Virus record (IMG/VR): IMGVR_UViG_3300023281_001121 | Coordinates: 6,250-70,249 of that record | Direction: 5' to 3' (one strand) | Source: a virus | Length of the DNA stretch: 64,000 nucleotides | Shown here: one piece after another, positions 47,901 through 56,038 of the stretch | Layout of the letters: the number at the start of each line of letters is the position of its first letter | Position numbering within the stretch: the stretch's first letter is position 1 | Notes under the pieces: model-generated | What the model was told of the DNA's origin: nothing | Databases searched by the model: none | The model's input: only the letters and a program-made list of their open reading frames with translations | Made by a program: the position numbers and the translations under genes

Positions 47901-48006
47901 CGGGATTCTCAACAGAGATCGCGGTTTCAGTAGCCCACCTGTTGGTGAAGGTCGTGCTATTGGAGCCAGTAGTTTGGCCCGCCAGCGTCTCGGAATAGGT
48001 GGTCAT
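44941..48006 (-). CDS. 1021-aa modular tail scaffold/fibre: lectin-like head, six docking-like motifs, 38 x 14-aa repeats
   Basis: WLWIRLRING...LQAKFWADG.EEPSGW lectin-like domain; DHxIPxEW repeats; WxA C-terminal repeats. Confidence 0.7.
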   Translation of the reverse strand: MTTYSETLAGQTTGSNSTTFTNRWATETAISVENPAVGEEDDRTLRFTTGDSGQQLQSLDAIDGDTNRANIELVARFRQTNDDDNQFHLYGRASGGSGSGTAYYAGIRDTGVFNIGRWDAGSFTNIADGSNVDLQGPWFDRFGDFGSWVPTNEWLWIRLRINGTGATVTLQAKFWADGQEEPSGWDVDTTDTSGSRITAAGWGGVGRTVHTGTMHLDYLGIGTNGDAAPIVADTALPVRLTHSAIKVLTQDDTAPVRLSHAAIKVLTQDDTAPVRLSHAAIKVLYKPAVATTRVSTLATEALHADSTAPVRVTSETVEVLQTEANPNLRVSSLAVEVLYNVPAETPVDSDHIIPIEWTTELALDHQIPVEWSGELLIDHIIPYEWTTELLMDRQIPVEWLQGLGLDHVIPVSWLQGLGLDHQTPIDWRQPQVQSDHVIPVEWITELLLDHQAPFEWINEIVPHDSIILVSWLQGIASDNALNINWSGFVEPDNSIPVEWKLDLLLDHQVPFEWINVTTPGDHQIPVSWLAGISSDHLPPIEWQGPFGVDYQIPINWSGVLDLDNSIPVEWVTGIRQDHIIPYEWNVRMFPSHDSVIPITWTTELALDRQIPASWKGPFADPGADLAILFEWKTDLQVDEPAPIEWLTELDLDHQMPIEWLLENVIVSLHETPIEWQQALNLDHVIPVEWQLELLMDHVIPYQWRLTIIIDKDNAIPVEWTQDVLKNNGMPIEWFAELLLDHQIPIDWSGFLDTDHPMPISWGGVVASGNVMPIEWQGSFDAQHSMPVEWVLDATAGDSIPFDWTSPFTAADSVIPYEFRGGFASDHSSPIEWLQETFVTFDNLIPIAWQQIFFKEFSHGIPWEARGILDETRVIPISWGGDPDAVYVIPYEWLDPTFALFVDHALEDCNFWVADCDPTVWVAAKCKSLWVAETLLVDAQSDEPGTEWQAPDEEIGGVWLAEADDTAWEAACLPTLWNADPPQVWYAEQCPTGWRSQSQPTAWTADAQGTRWTVFEPNPRGG
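45330..46960 (-). repeat. about 38 coding repeats of 14-17 aa, consensus DHxIPxEWxxxLxL
   Basis: Counted in the translation of 44941-48006. Confidence 0.9.
47159..47320 (-). repeat. three tandem 54-bp coding repeats (DTAPVRLSHAAIKVLTQD)
   Basis: Unit starts at 47159, 47213 and 47267; near-identical DNA. Confidence 0.9.
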
Positions 48007-48015
48007 CTAGAACAT

Positions 48016-49044
48016 CTAGGTAACTAATTTAATGCCAAACTGCGCGGCGTTAACAGATGTCTCTGTCCAGTTGATTCCACCGTTAGGATCATTCTCGTAC
48101 ATGGCTTCTTTGTAATGGTAGTCAACGCCGAGAGACAGATTTGCACTGTCTACCTCCGTCACGTTGCTCCTGGCCACCGTAGCTATCTCTCTGAACCCCG
48201 CCTCTTCTTTGCGAGCCAACAGAGACACCTGAACACCGAACACGTCACCGATACTTGCCCCGGCTAGAGCGGCAAACCCATAGAGATCTTTATTGGTGGC
48301 TGTGGCCGAGTGAACGTACGTGGTGTCGTCATCGGGTGGGGCCATTTCATCGACGCGATCGGCGTTGGTCGAGCCAGCACCAACCGCCGTGAAATTATTA
48401 GTGGCCCCATCTGCGTCTGGCAGCAGCGTCTCGACAAACACATCCCCTAACCTGGCAGTGTTGTCTGAACCGCTATCGTCCAGAACATAAACGTCATCGA
48501 CCAAAGCATCAGTGAAGCTATGCCCGAAGAACCGAATCGTATCGATGAACGCGTCGGTGCCGTTCAGAGTATCCGCTGATGTCCCGGTGATGACGTTCTG
48601 CCCGTCAACGTAGACATCGTAGGTGCCGGTCGAGTCATGGAGCGTGACGTCCACCTCGATGTAATACCAGGTAGACATGGCAAGCCCCAACCCGCTACTA
48701 ATCCCAAGTTGCGTCGACCCTCGATCGATTGAGATCTCGCCGCTGGCATTCGTTCTTAGGGTTATCTTCTCCACGCCTACGCCGAACGTATTGAAGATGT
48801 CTACGAGTTGAGGACCGGCGTTAACCAGGCGGTATGCGAATCCCACCACGAACGATGCAGTAGTTGGCGGAACGGCGTGAGAAGCAAAGCCATTAGTGAA
48901 GACCATCTGCATGGCTCTGCCCACGCCATCTCTTCCTGCCGTGGACTGCGTCACGTAAGCGTCATTGTCGAAGTTCCACCCGCCTCGCCTTTGCTCCGCA
49001 TCATCGTCGTACTGTTCGAAACCTTCAATGAAAAGCAATGCCAT
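48016..49044 (-). CDS. ConA/LamG-like putative receptor-binding protein, paralog 4
   Basis: MALLFIEGFEQY; WYYIEV; GDVFVETLLPD; PDDDTTY; WTETSVNAAQFG. Confidence 0.75.
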   Translation of the reverse strand: MALLFIEGFEQYDDDAEQRRGGWNFDNDAYVTQSTAGRDGVGRAMQMVFTNGFASHAVPPTTASFVVGFAYRLVNAGPQLVDIFNTFGVGVEKITLRTNASGEISIDRGSTQLGISSGLGLAMSTWYYIEVDVTLHDSTGTYDVYVDGQNVITGTSADTLNGTDAFIDTIRFFGHSFTDALVDDVYVLDDSGSDNTARLGDVFVETLLPDADGATNNFTAVGAGSTNADRVDEMAPPDDDTTYVHSATATNKDLYGFAALAGASIGDVFGVQVSLLARKEEAGFREIATVARSNVTEVDSANLSLGVDYHYKEAMYENDPNGGINWTETSVNAAQFGIKLVT

Positions 49045-49048
49045 AGTT

Positions 49049-50071
49049 TTACGCCTGTAGTTTGTAACCGAACTCGCCTGCGTCGACCTCACTGGCAGTC
49101 CAGACTGCAGCACCTGATGGGTGGTCAACGAATAGGCTCTGCCACCAACTATAATCTCCGTACGCCGGATAGAAGTCTGCGCTTTCGCCTTCAGTCACTC
49201 CATCGTACGCGACAGCCCTCATCGTTCGCGGACCTGTCTCTGTCTTCCTGGAATGCACATTAACAGCAACCGCATGCACTGTGGTTGGACTGCCGGATAG
49301 ATTGTCGTGCGCATGACGATCGGTACTGGGCGCGACAGTGTCTTCGTTATAGGTTGTGTCATCGTCAGGGTCTCCAACCTCGTCCACGTTCTGCCAGTTC
49401 GCCCCGGCTGACGGAGTGAACTCAGCGTCAGCGCCAACGCCAGACGGATAGAGAGTTTCGATACCACAATCGCCAATGAAGTCGTTCAGCCTGGAGCCAG
49501 TGGTGTCCAAGATGTAGAGGTCGTCGAACCCGCTGTCGAGCGTGTTGCTGCCAAGGAGTTGCAGTGCGTTCGTGCCAACCGGGCCTGAACCGTTAAGCGT
49601 GTCGAGTCCGGTCTCGTTTATCCACACTTCATTGTTGACACGGACCTCAACCGTCCCAACCGTATTGCTAATCAATGCCTTAATCTCGATGTGATTCCAG
49701 ACACCTAACGGAAGAGCTTTGTCGCTGAAGGCAATGTCTGTAGTGCCACCGCGACTGACGACGATCTTGTTCCCGATGCTGGACCCGAACCCGAGATGAA
49801 TCCATTCATTCCCATAGAGTCGCACCCAGTCGCTCGTCTCGCCTCTATCAAGCTTCAGAGCGAATCCAATGATGATCGTTACGCTTAGGGGATAAGGATG
49901 AGCAAGATTCGTATTTCCCAGCAGAACAGTAGCCATGCCAACGCCGTTTCGCCCGGTTTGCGCGTTCGCACCTGTCGCCTCACCGCTGCCGCCTACAGCC
50001 CATTTGTAAGGGAACTTTTTGATCTGATCTGACGAGTAGTAGTCGAACCCGTCCATGAAAAGCAGCGCCAT
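49049..50071 (-). CDS. ConA/LamG-like putative receptor-binding protein, paralog 3
   Basis: MALLFMDGFDYYSS; WNHIEIK; GSRLNDFIGD; PDDDTTY; DHPSGAAVWT. Confidence 0.75.
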   Translation of the reverse strand: MALLFMDGFDYYSSDQIKKFPYKWAVGGSGEATGANAQTGRNGVGMATVLLGNTNLAHPYPLSVTIIIGFALKLDRGETSDWVRLYGNEWIHLGFGSSIGNKIVVSRGGTTDIAFSDKALPLGVWNHIEIKALISNTVGTVEVRVNNEVWINETGLDTLNGSGPVGTNALQLLGSNTLDSGFDDLYILDTTGSRLNDFIGDCGIETLYPSGVGADAEFTPSAGANWQNVDEVGDPDDDTTYNEDTVAPSTDRHAHDNLSGSPTTVHAVAVNVHSRKTETGPRTMRAVAYDGVTEGESADFYPAYGDYSWWQSLFVDHPSGAAVWTASEVDAGEFGYKLQA

Positions 50072-51093
50072 CAAACCACCTCGAATCCGAATTGCCCACT
50101 GTTTATTTCTGCCGCAGTCCAGACCGCAGCGCCTGATGGATGATCTTCGAATATGGTTTGCGCCCACTGATACGTGTTGAGAGTAGGAGTGAAGACTGCG
50201 CCGACACCTTCGGTTGTCCCGTCATGAGCAACAGCCCTCACATCACCAACTCCATTCACCGTTCGCTTAGCATACGCGTTAACGGCTACTGCATGAACGG
50301 TGTCAGGGGTTCCCACTAGATTCCCGTGAGCGTGACGATCTTTGTCGGTAGAAGTAGATGACTCAACGTAAGTCGTATCGTCGTCTGGCACCAACTCATC
50401 GACAGCCTCCCAGTTAGTTCCTGCTAGAGGGGTCCAATCGGAACTCGCTCCGACGCCCGTAGGATAGATAGTCTCTATCCGCACATCCCCGATAAAGTCA
50501 TTCAGCCTAGAGCCGCTGGTATTCAAAATGTAGACGTCATCGAGAATAGGAGCGATGTCATTCGACCCGAAGAAGATGATGCTGTCGCATTCAGCGTCTC
50601 CTGACAGGGACGTGTCCAGGCTAGTTATCTCTGGGATGCCAGCGACACTAGATCCGTTAAGGCGCATCTCCAGCGTGCCTGCCGTGTTATGGAACGCTAT
50701 CTTTATCTCGATGTAGTTCCAAGTGTCAGGCGAGATCAGCGTAGCGGAACGACCGATTTCAACGGTGCCTCCAGTCTGAAACTGCAGCGCCCCACCGTTA
50801 GTCATAAAGACGCCGACTTGCGTGGTTGCGCCATCTCTGAATCGAAGGAATTCAGTATTCGCTTGGCGGGAATACTTAAACGCAAACCCGATCACCACGG
50901 TCGAAGTAACCGTGAATGCCTTCTCTATGTTAGCGAGCGCGAGCATGTTGATTGCCTGACCAACACCGTCGCGTCCCACGACAGCATTCAGCCCTGTCGA
51001 GACGAAGAACCCGCTAGGGGTGAACTTGTTCTCCAGGTCGTCTGTCTGATCGCTGGTGTAGTGATCGAACCCTTCCATTAAGATCAGCGACAC
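50071..51093 (-). CDS. ConA/LamG-like putative receptor-binding protein, paralog 2
   Basis: MSLILMEGFDHY; WNYIEIK; GSRLNDFIGDVRIETIYP; PDDDTTY. Confidence 0.75.
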   Translation of the reverse strand: MSLILMEGFDHYTSDQTDDLENKFTPSGFFVSTGLNAVVGRDGVGQAINMLALANIEKAFTVTSTVVIGFAFKYSRQANTEFLRFRDGATTQVGVFMTNGGALQFQTGGTVEIGRSATLISPDTWNYIEIKIAFHNTAGTLEMRLNGSSVAGIPEITSLDTSLSGDAECDSIIFFGSNDIAPILDDVYILNTSGSRLNDFIGDVRIETIYPTGVGASSDWTPLAGTNWEAVDELVPDDDTTYVESSTSTDKDRHAHGNLVGTPDTVHAVAVNAYAKRTVNGVGDVRAVAHDGTTEGVGAVFTPTLNTYQWAQTIFEDHPSGAAVWTAAEINSGQFGFEVV

Positions 51094-51102
51094 CGTTCTC
51101 TC

Positions 51103-52122
51103 CTACGCCTGGATCTTGTAACCGAACTCGCCAGAGTTTACTTCGCTCTCGGTCCACACGGCAGCGCCAGTAGGATGATCCTCAAAGAGAGCCTGCTGCC
51201 AAAAGTAGTCACCAAACGTAAAATACTGATCTGCGCTCTCGCCCTCGGTCGTTCCGTCGTAAGCGACCATCCTCACTGTTCTCGCTCCAGCTTCTGTCTT
51301 CTTCGCCCGAGCGTTAACGGCCACCGCGTGAATGTCGCCAATGTCTCCGACTAGATTCCCCACAGTGAATCTGTCCTTGCTGGAGACAACCGTGTCCTCG
51401 TTGTAGGTGGTGTCGTCGTCAGGCACGACCTCATCGACGTTCTGCCAATTCGATCCAGCAGAAGGTGTGAAGTCAGTAGCCGCTCCAGCGCCATCAGGGT
51501 AAATGGTCTCGATGTACACCGGGCCTAGAAAGTCGTTGAGACGAGACCCTGTTGTATCAAGAATGTAGAAATCATCGATCACCGGCACATTGGAGTTGTC
51601 ACCAATGATGTTCACCATGTCGATGGTCGCGTTGGCGCTAACCTGCGTGTCTTGATTGGTCAGCGGACCTATCTCTACATTCCCATCGACGCGCAGTTCA
51701 ATCGTCCCGACCGAGTTATCGATCTTGATTCGCAATTCAACGTGAAACCAGGTGTCCACGGCGAACGTGCTTGACGACGTACCCAGAACCGTAGTCGTGC
51801 CTCGACGCACAACGAAATGATCCGAAGCATCGAACCCGAGAGACAGCTGGATGGTGGCTAGATCATAGAACCGAATGTGTGAAACGCTAAGATTATTCGT
51901 GAACTTGTGATTGAACCCGATGATGATCTCACCGACACTCGTAAAGTTCCTGGCGATGTCTCCCAGACCCTGTAGCGAAATGGCAGATCCGCTGCCGATC
52001 GCACCGGTTACTGCGTTCATCGAGGAGGTGTAGAAGAGTCCTGTGCGTTGCCACTTGGTGGCAAGGTCTTCGTATTGGTCGCTACTGTAGTAGTCGAACC
52101 CATCCATAAAAAGAAGGGCCAT
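51103..52122 (-). CDS. ConA/LamG-like putative receptor-binding protein, paralog 1
   Basis: MALLFMDGFDYYSS; WFHVELRIKIDNSVG; GSRLNDFLG; PDDDTTY. Confidence 0.75.
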   Translation of the reverse strand: MALLFMDGFDYYSSDQYEDLATKWQRTGLFYTSSMNAVTGAIGSGSAISLQGLGDIARNFTSVGEIIIGFNHKFTNNLSVSHIRFYDLATIQLSLGFDASDHFVVRRGTTTVLGTSSSTFAVDTWFHVELRIKIDNSVGTIELRVDGNVEIGPLTNQDTQVSANATIDMVNIIGDNSNVPVIDDFYILDTTGSRLNDFLGPVYIETIYPDGAGAATDFTPSAGSNWQNVDEVVPDDDTTYNEDTVVSSKDRFTVGNLVGDIGDIHAVAVNARAKKTEAGARTVRMVAYDGTTEGESADQYFTFGDYFWQQALFEDHPTGAAVWTESEVNSGEFGYKIQA

Positions 52123-52125
52123 TTT

Positions 52126-52419
52126 TCACTCTTCCGCTTCTTCGCAGCCCGTACCTCTGCCCATCGATCGCCCGACAAGATCTTCGTACTGAGCCTGCGC
52201 AAGATCGAACGCGACTCGCTGGTCGTCCTCCAGCATGCCTTCGCATTCCAAAGCCCGGTAATTATTTATACGAGTCACTAGCGACGCCCTGATGACCGGA
52301 GCCATCTTGTCCATGAACCACCAGTTATGCACGGCGACTGCCGCGCCGCCACACGCGACCAGCGTTGTCATAGCGCCGCCGACAGAGTTAATCCAGGCTA
52401 TGGACTTGTGCAGACTCAC
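52126..52419 (-). CDS. small membrane protein with two Cys
   Basis: N-terminal hydrophobic segment VGGAMTTLVACGGAAVAVHNWWF. Confidence 0.55.
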   Translation of the reverse strand: MSLHKSIAWINSVGGAMTTLVACGGAAVAVHNWWFMDKMAPVIRASLVTRINNYRALECEGMLEDDQRVAFDLAQAQYEDLVGRSMGRGTGCEEAEE

Positions 52420-52709
52420 AGCTGCAGGAAGGTCATCTCTACGCCAGCCGCAGGATCGATCGCGCCAGCTGTCGGATTGACGAATCTCACGGTCAACTCA
52501 CCATCCGCCGTTGCCCACGCGGTTGCCGCGTAACTGACGCCATCGTCCAGGCCAGAGGCACCCAGATCGAATGCGACCAGGTATAGCTCACCGACCTTCA
52601 CGCCCTGCAGTCCTGTTATTGCCACGTCGGTCGTCGTGATAGTGGCGAGCGACGGCAGGTCCACATCGACCTGGTGGACTTCGTCGGCATTGATTCTGAA
52701 TACGCTCAT
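52416..52709 (-). CDS. head decoration/head-fibre-like small protein
   Basis: DLPSLA...DVAITG..VGE...GL...ATADGELTVRFVNPTAGAIDPA pattern. Confidence 0.6.
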   Translation of the reverse strand: MSVFRINADEVHQVDVDLPSLATITTTDVAITGLQGVKVGELYLVAFDLGASGLDDGVSYAATAWATADGELTVRFVNPTAGAIDPAAGVEMTFLQL

Positions 52710-52718
52710 GAAGATCTC

Positions 52719-53498
52719 CTAAAAGAAGTGCGGGCGCACCCGGCGCGGATAGTTTCGTTCCTGTCGACGGACACGCAGTAAACGGGCGCTGGGCCTCTCA
52801 CCGACCTTCGCGTTGAATCTGGAAAGCGCATCAGCTGAGAGCTTCTTGTCCTCAGTCTCCGAATCACGTTTCAGGTACGCGAGATGCTGCATGTAATCCA
52901 GCAGGTCGTAGTGATGACGCGCCTCGATCTCTAGCTCGTCCAGGTGTCTACTGGCCCACTTCATCGCTTTGACAGGAAGTCTCTGCACTGACAGGTGGAC
53001 GACTCCAGCTACCTCAGGGATCGGATACAGATTGAACGAGCGCAGATCGAAGTCCTCAACGTAGAACTTCGGATCTCCCTTCGTGCCAGCACTGGACTCC
53101 AGATCCCACTCTGGATGCAGCCGGTCCATCCATGCGTGCGTACGCTTTTCGAGGTGATGCTCGTCGCCGGTAGCGTTTTCTACAAACTTCGCTTCGGTGA
53201 TCGAGAGAATGCGCTCACTGAACTGATACCTCTGCTGATTGGCAGGGATCGAGATGTGAGTGATTGCCAGCCCGGCAGCGAGGTTTGCATCGGTGATCGG
53301 CTGGCGAAAGCAGAACTCGTCTTGTGCAGCGTTTGCGTATCTAACCAGTTCCGCGTTCTTCCACAGAAGACCGGTGTCGTCGTTCTTCCAGTTGACGTCG
53401 GTCACCGTGTCGCCAGGCAGGTCGTCTAAGTCCTGCCTGGCGAGAGTGACGAGGCCTTCCAGCTTGAACGGTGGAACAATATCCTGGACCGACGCCAT
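52719..53498 (-). CDS. head-to-tail adaptor (DUF6682-like)
   Basis: ARQDLDD...LWKNAELVRYANAAQDE...GDPKFYV...YPIP...LLDYMQHLAYLKRDSE. Confidence 0.65.
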   Translation of the reverse strand: MASVQDIVPPFKLEGLVTLARQDLDDLPGDTVTDVNWKNDDTGLLWKNAELVRYANAAQDEFCFRQPITDANLAAGLAITHISIPANQQRYQFSERILSITEAKFVENATGDEHHLEKRTHAWMDRLHPEWDLESSAGTKGDPKFYVEDFDLRSFNLYPIPEVAGVVHLSVQRLPVKAMKWASRHLDELEIEARHHYDLLDYMQHLAYLKRDSETEDKKLSADALSRFNAKVGERPSARLLRVRRQERNYPRRVRPHFF

Positions 53499-53506
53499 TC
53501 ATCCTC

Positions 53507-54025
53507 CTACGCAGTTGCTATGGCACGGATCTCCTGCTCTTCCTCGATCGCCTTGAGAAGAGTTGTCCGTGCCTGACCGCCCTCTTCTGCACCAGACAGC
53601 AGCACCAGCTGCGCGTCTGTGAGACCGGCGAGTTGATCACTCGCGTCGTGAACCGTCATCTCCGAGATCGTCTTCACCATCTCGACTTCCAGGTCGTCGT
53701 CCTCTGGCCCTTCCTTCAGCGTCGGATCAGTGTCCGTGTCGCCAACCGGTACGTCTGGTCCGGACGCGTCCGTGTCAGCCGGTGAAGTTTCTTCTTCAGG
53801 CTCTACTGCCGGGGAGTCATCACCGTAGATGGTGAAGCCCTCTGTGATGGACAGCAGGCGTTGGATGTGCGCCTTGTCGGTGACTTCGCAAACGTGCGCT
53901 TCGCTGTCACCGTCCGTGAGATCCGGTCTCGGCTCGAACCGATACCTGACGCCTCCCGGAAAATTGGCGTCACTGCCTTGGACGCCACGCTTCGTGGCCC
54001 TGCGAATTAACGACTCGATGATCAT
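53507..54025 (-). CDS. conserved head-region protein
   Basis: YRFEP...HVCEVTDKAHIQRLLSI.EGF; acidic linker; C-terminal EEGGQARTTLLKAI motif. Confidence 0.6.
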   Translation of the reverse strand: MIIESLIRRATKRGVQGSDANFPGGVRYRFEPRPDLTDGDSEAHVCEVTDKAHIQRLLSITEGFTIYGDDSPAVEPEEETSPADTDASGPDVPVGDTDTDPTLKEGPEDDDLEVEMVKTISEMTVHDASDQLAGLTDAQLVLLSGAEEGGQARTTLLKAIEEEQEIRAIATA

Positions 54026-54048
54026 GAGCTACTCCCCAGTCTGTTGAT

Positions 54049-54077
54049 AAAAAGATGGGGGCGTTTAAGCCCCCATC
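54049..54077 (-). terminator. Rho-independent terminator after the capsid genes
   Basis: Minus strand GATGGGGGC-ttaaac-GCCCCCATC followed by TTTTT. Confidence 0.75.
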
Positions 54078-54115
54078 GACTCCACAAACCAACCGTACCG
54101 AAGACAGGTGGTTGA

Positions 54116-54580
54116 TTAACCTTCGAACTGCGAACCGAGTTCCGGTCTGGACGTTAGGGTTGCCGCAACGCCCGCAGCCAGACCCGTCGTTGCCGCGACA
54201 TCGATGTCGATCGTGATGTAACGGTCATAGTCCACCGCCGCCAGTTCGAGCGCAGCCTGCGTCTCGTACCGAACGACCGCAGCCGCCTGAACCGAAACAG
54301 CCGCCCCGAACAGCGTGGCGTCGGACGTCGCGCCGACGTCGTCTTCGATGCCGATGTCGATCGTGCCTGTCGCGCCCGAGTCCAGGTCGTCGTTCTCGAC
54401 CACCAGAGACACGATGCGATGCTGCGCTGGAAGCTTGACCATCCGGACGCTCAGAGTGTTGTCCTCTGGTTCCGTCGCGATCATCTCGTAGCTCCCGCGC
54501 TGGACGGTCACTTGACCAGCTTGCGCCGATGCAATCGCCGGGCCAGCGTTGGAACCCATTACTGATGCTACTGTTGCCAT
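54116..54580 (-). CDS. capsid cement/minor capsid protein
   Basis: MVKLPAQHRIVSLVVENDDLDSG..TIDIGI; follows the MCP. Confidence 0.65.
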   Translation of the reverse strand: MATVASVMGSNAGPAIASAQAGQVTVQRGSYEMIATEPEDNTLSVRMVKLPAQHRIVSLVVENDDLDSGATGTIDIGIEDDVGATSDATLFGAAVSVQAAAVVRYETQAALELAAVDYDRYITIDIDVAATTGLAAGVAATLTSRPELGSQFEG

Positions 54581-54630
54581 GTCTGTTTCCTCTTAAAGTT
54601 GATCGGCTATAGAGTTACTGCCTGGTCCTC

Positions 54631-55749
54631 TTAACCTGGATCAGCCGAGTACGTGTCCAGCGCGATAACGCCGAAGTCCTTAGCCGTTCCCTCGATGGTG
54701 AACCGAGTCTTTTTCAACCCGAAGATTGACGACGTCGAGATGATCAGCTGGTTGCCGTTGTCGCGAGTCTCTTCGTGCCAGTTGAACCGAAGTCCAGTGC
54801 CTGGAGAGCCGAACGCAACCACCGCAGCCTGCGAACCAAGGAACAGGGATCGTGCGGCTGGCTCTGCGCCACCGGCACCGGCATTCGTGAAACGAATTAC
54901 GCCCTTATGGCTGTGCAGCACGACGTTGTTGTGCATGCCCAAGCCGCCCTTGAAGATCGGCGAGGATCGACCCTCTGCCGTCGCCGCTGCTTTCTGGATC
55001 TCCAACCAGTTCGACGCACCCGTCGCGGTTCGAAGATCGAAAGCCTGCCATGGCGACATCAGAAGAACGTAATGCTCTTCGCCGTCGACCATGATCGGCT
55101 GGATCTGCGGCGTGCCTTGCGTGCCGCCGCCCATCATCACCGCCTTGGTGGCAGCACGATCGATCTCTAGCGTAGTGATCTGATCGTTGTCGCTGATCGT
55201 CGCGAACGATGTCGCGTCGCCACCGTACATGACGTGTTCCGCGTCCGGCGTGTCGAGACCGTTATTCGCGAAACCGGTGTAGCTCGTTGGGAAGATGTAC
55301 TCGGTGTTGCCACCGCGTGATCCAGAAATGTAGATGAACAGAAGCTCATCGAAAATGCGGCCCCACCATTCTGCCTGGCGTGACCGAGCAACTCGGCGAA
55401 GATCGTGGATCGTGCGCTTGCGCGTCATGCGTCCACCTGAGTTCGTGCCACCGCGCATCTGGTCGATGAAGACCGCGTCGGTGTAGAACTTGAGATCCTC
55501 CTCGGTGCCTTCCTGCACGTCGTCACCCTCGATGGGCTGTTGACGAAGCTGCATGGAGAGGTCGAAAGTGATCTGTTCGCCAGCGTCACTTTCTAATTGA
55601 GGAAGCATTTGAATGGGCATCGACGCTTCTGGTCCGACCCCCATGAACTTCTTATTGAAGTACGATACTCGCGCTGTGTCGACCGCGAGAAACGCTGAAA
55701 ACCGCTTGACGGCTTTTGCGTCGTTAAGACCGATGATAGTCCGTGCCAT
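54631..55749 (-). CDS. major capsid protein, N4-gp56 family
   Basis: GEQITFDLSMQL..PIEGDD..EGTEE.LKFY.D...IDQMR; MTRKRTIHDLR; WQAFDLR; PIFKGGLGMHNNVVLH. Confidence 0.9.
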   Translation of the reverse strand: MARTIIGLNDAKAVKRFSAFLAVDTARVSYFNKKFMGVGPEASMPIQMLPQLESDAGEQITFDLSMQLRQQPIEGDDVQEGTEEDLKFYTDAVFIDQMRGGTNSGGRMTRKRTIHDLRRVARSRQAEWWGRIFDELLFIYISGSRGGNTEYIFPTSYTGFANNGLDTPDAEHVMYGGDATSFATISDNDQITTLEIDRAATKAVMMGGGTQGTPQIQPIMVDGEEHYVLLMSPWQAFDLRTATGASNWLEIQKAAATAEGRSSPIFKGGLGMHNNVVLHSHKGVIRFTNAGAGGAEPAARSLFLGSQAAVVAFGSPGTGLRFNWHEETRDNGNQLIISTSSIFGLKKTRFTIEGTAKDFGVIALDTYSADPG

Positions 55750-55812
55750 GGTGACAAACCTCCAACTCTGTTGGCTTTGCCGTCACTCTTGCGACGAACT
55801 GGGATGAGAGCT

Positions 55813-56034
55813 TCACGCTCCCTCTGGAGCGAGTTGTACACCATCTGGGGGTAGAACTTCAACTACTACGTCGTCAGGTGCATCAATCGCCAGGCGGGCA
55901 AACTTATTCCCCCGCTTATAGATCAGCTTCACGACGACCTTCCGAGAGTCGGAATCGGTGAACTTCAGCTTGTGATTGGTGGACAGATCCACCTCAACCT
56001 GGCCACCGCATTCGACATCTCGGAAAAGCGCCAC
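55813..56034 (-). CDS. CsrA-fold-like small protein
   Basis: GTG at 56034; VVVKLIYKRGNKFARLAIDAPDDVVVEVL parallels the CsrA IxVxVLxVxGxQVRIGIxAPxxVxI pattern. Confidence 0.5.
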   Translation of the reverse strand: MALFRDVECGGQVEVDLSTNHKLKFTDSDSRKVVVKLIYKRGNKFARLAIDAPDDVVVEVLPPDGVQLAPEGA

Positions 56035-56038
56035 GAAC

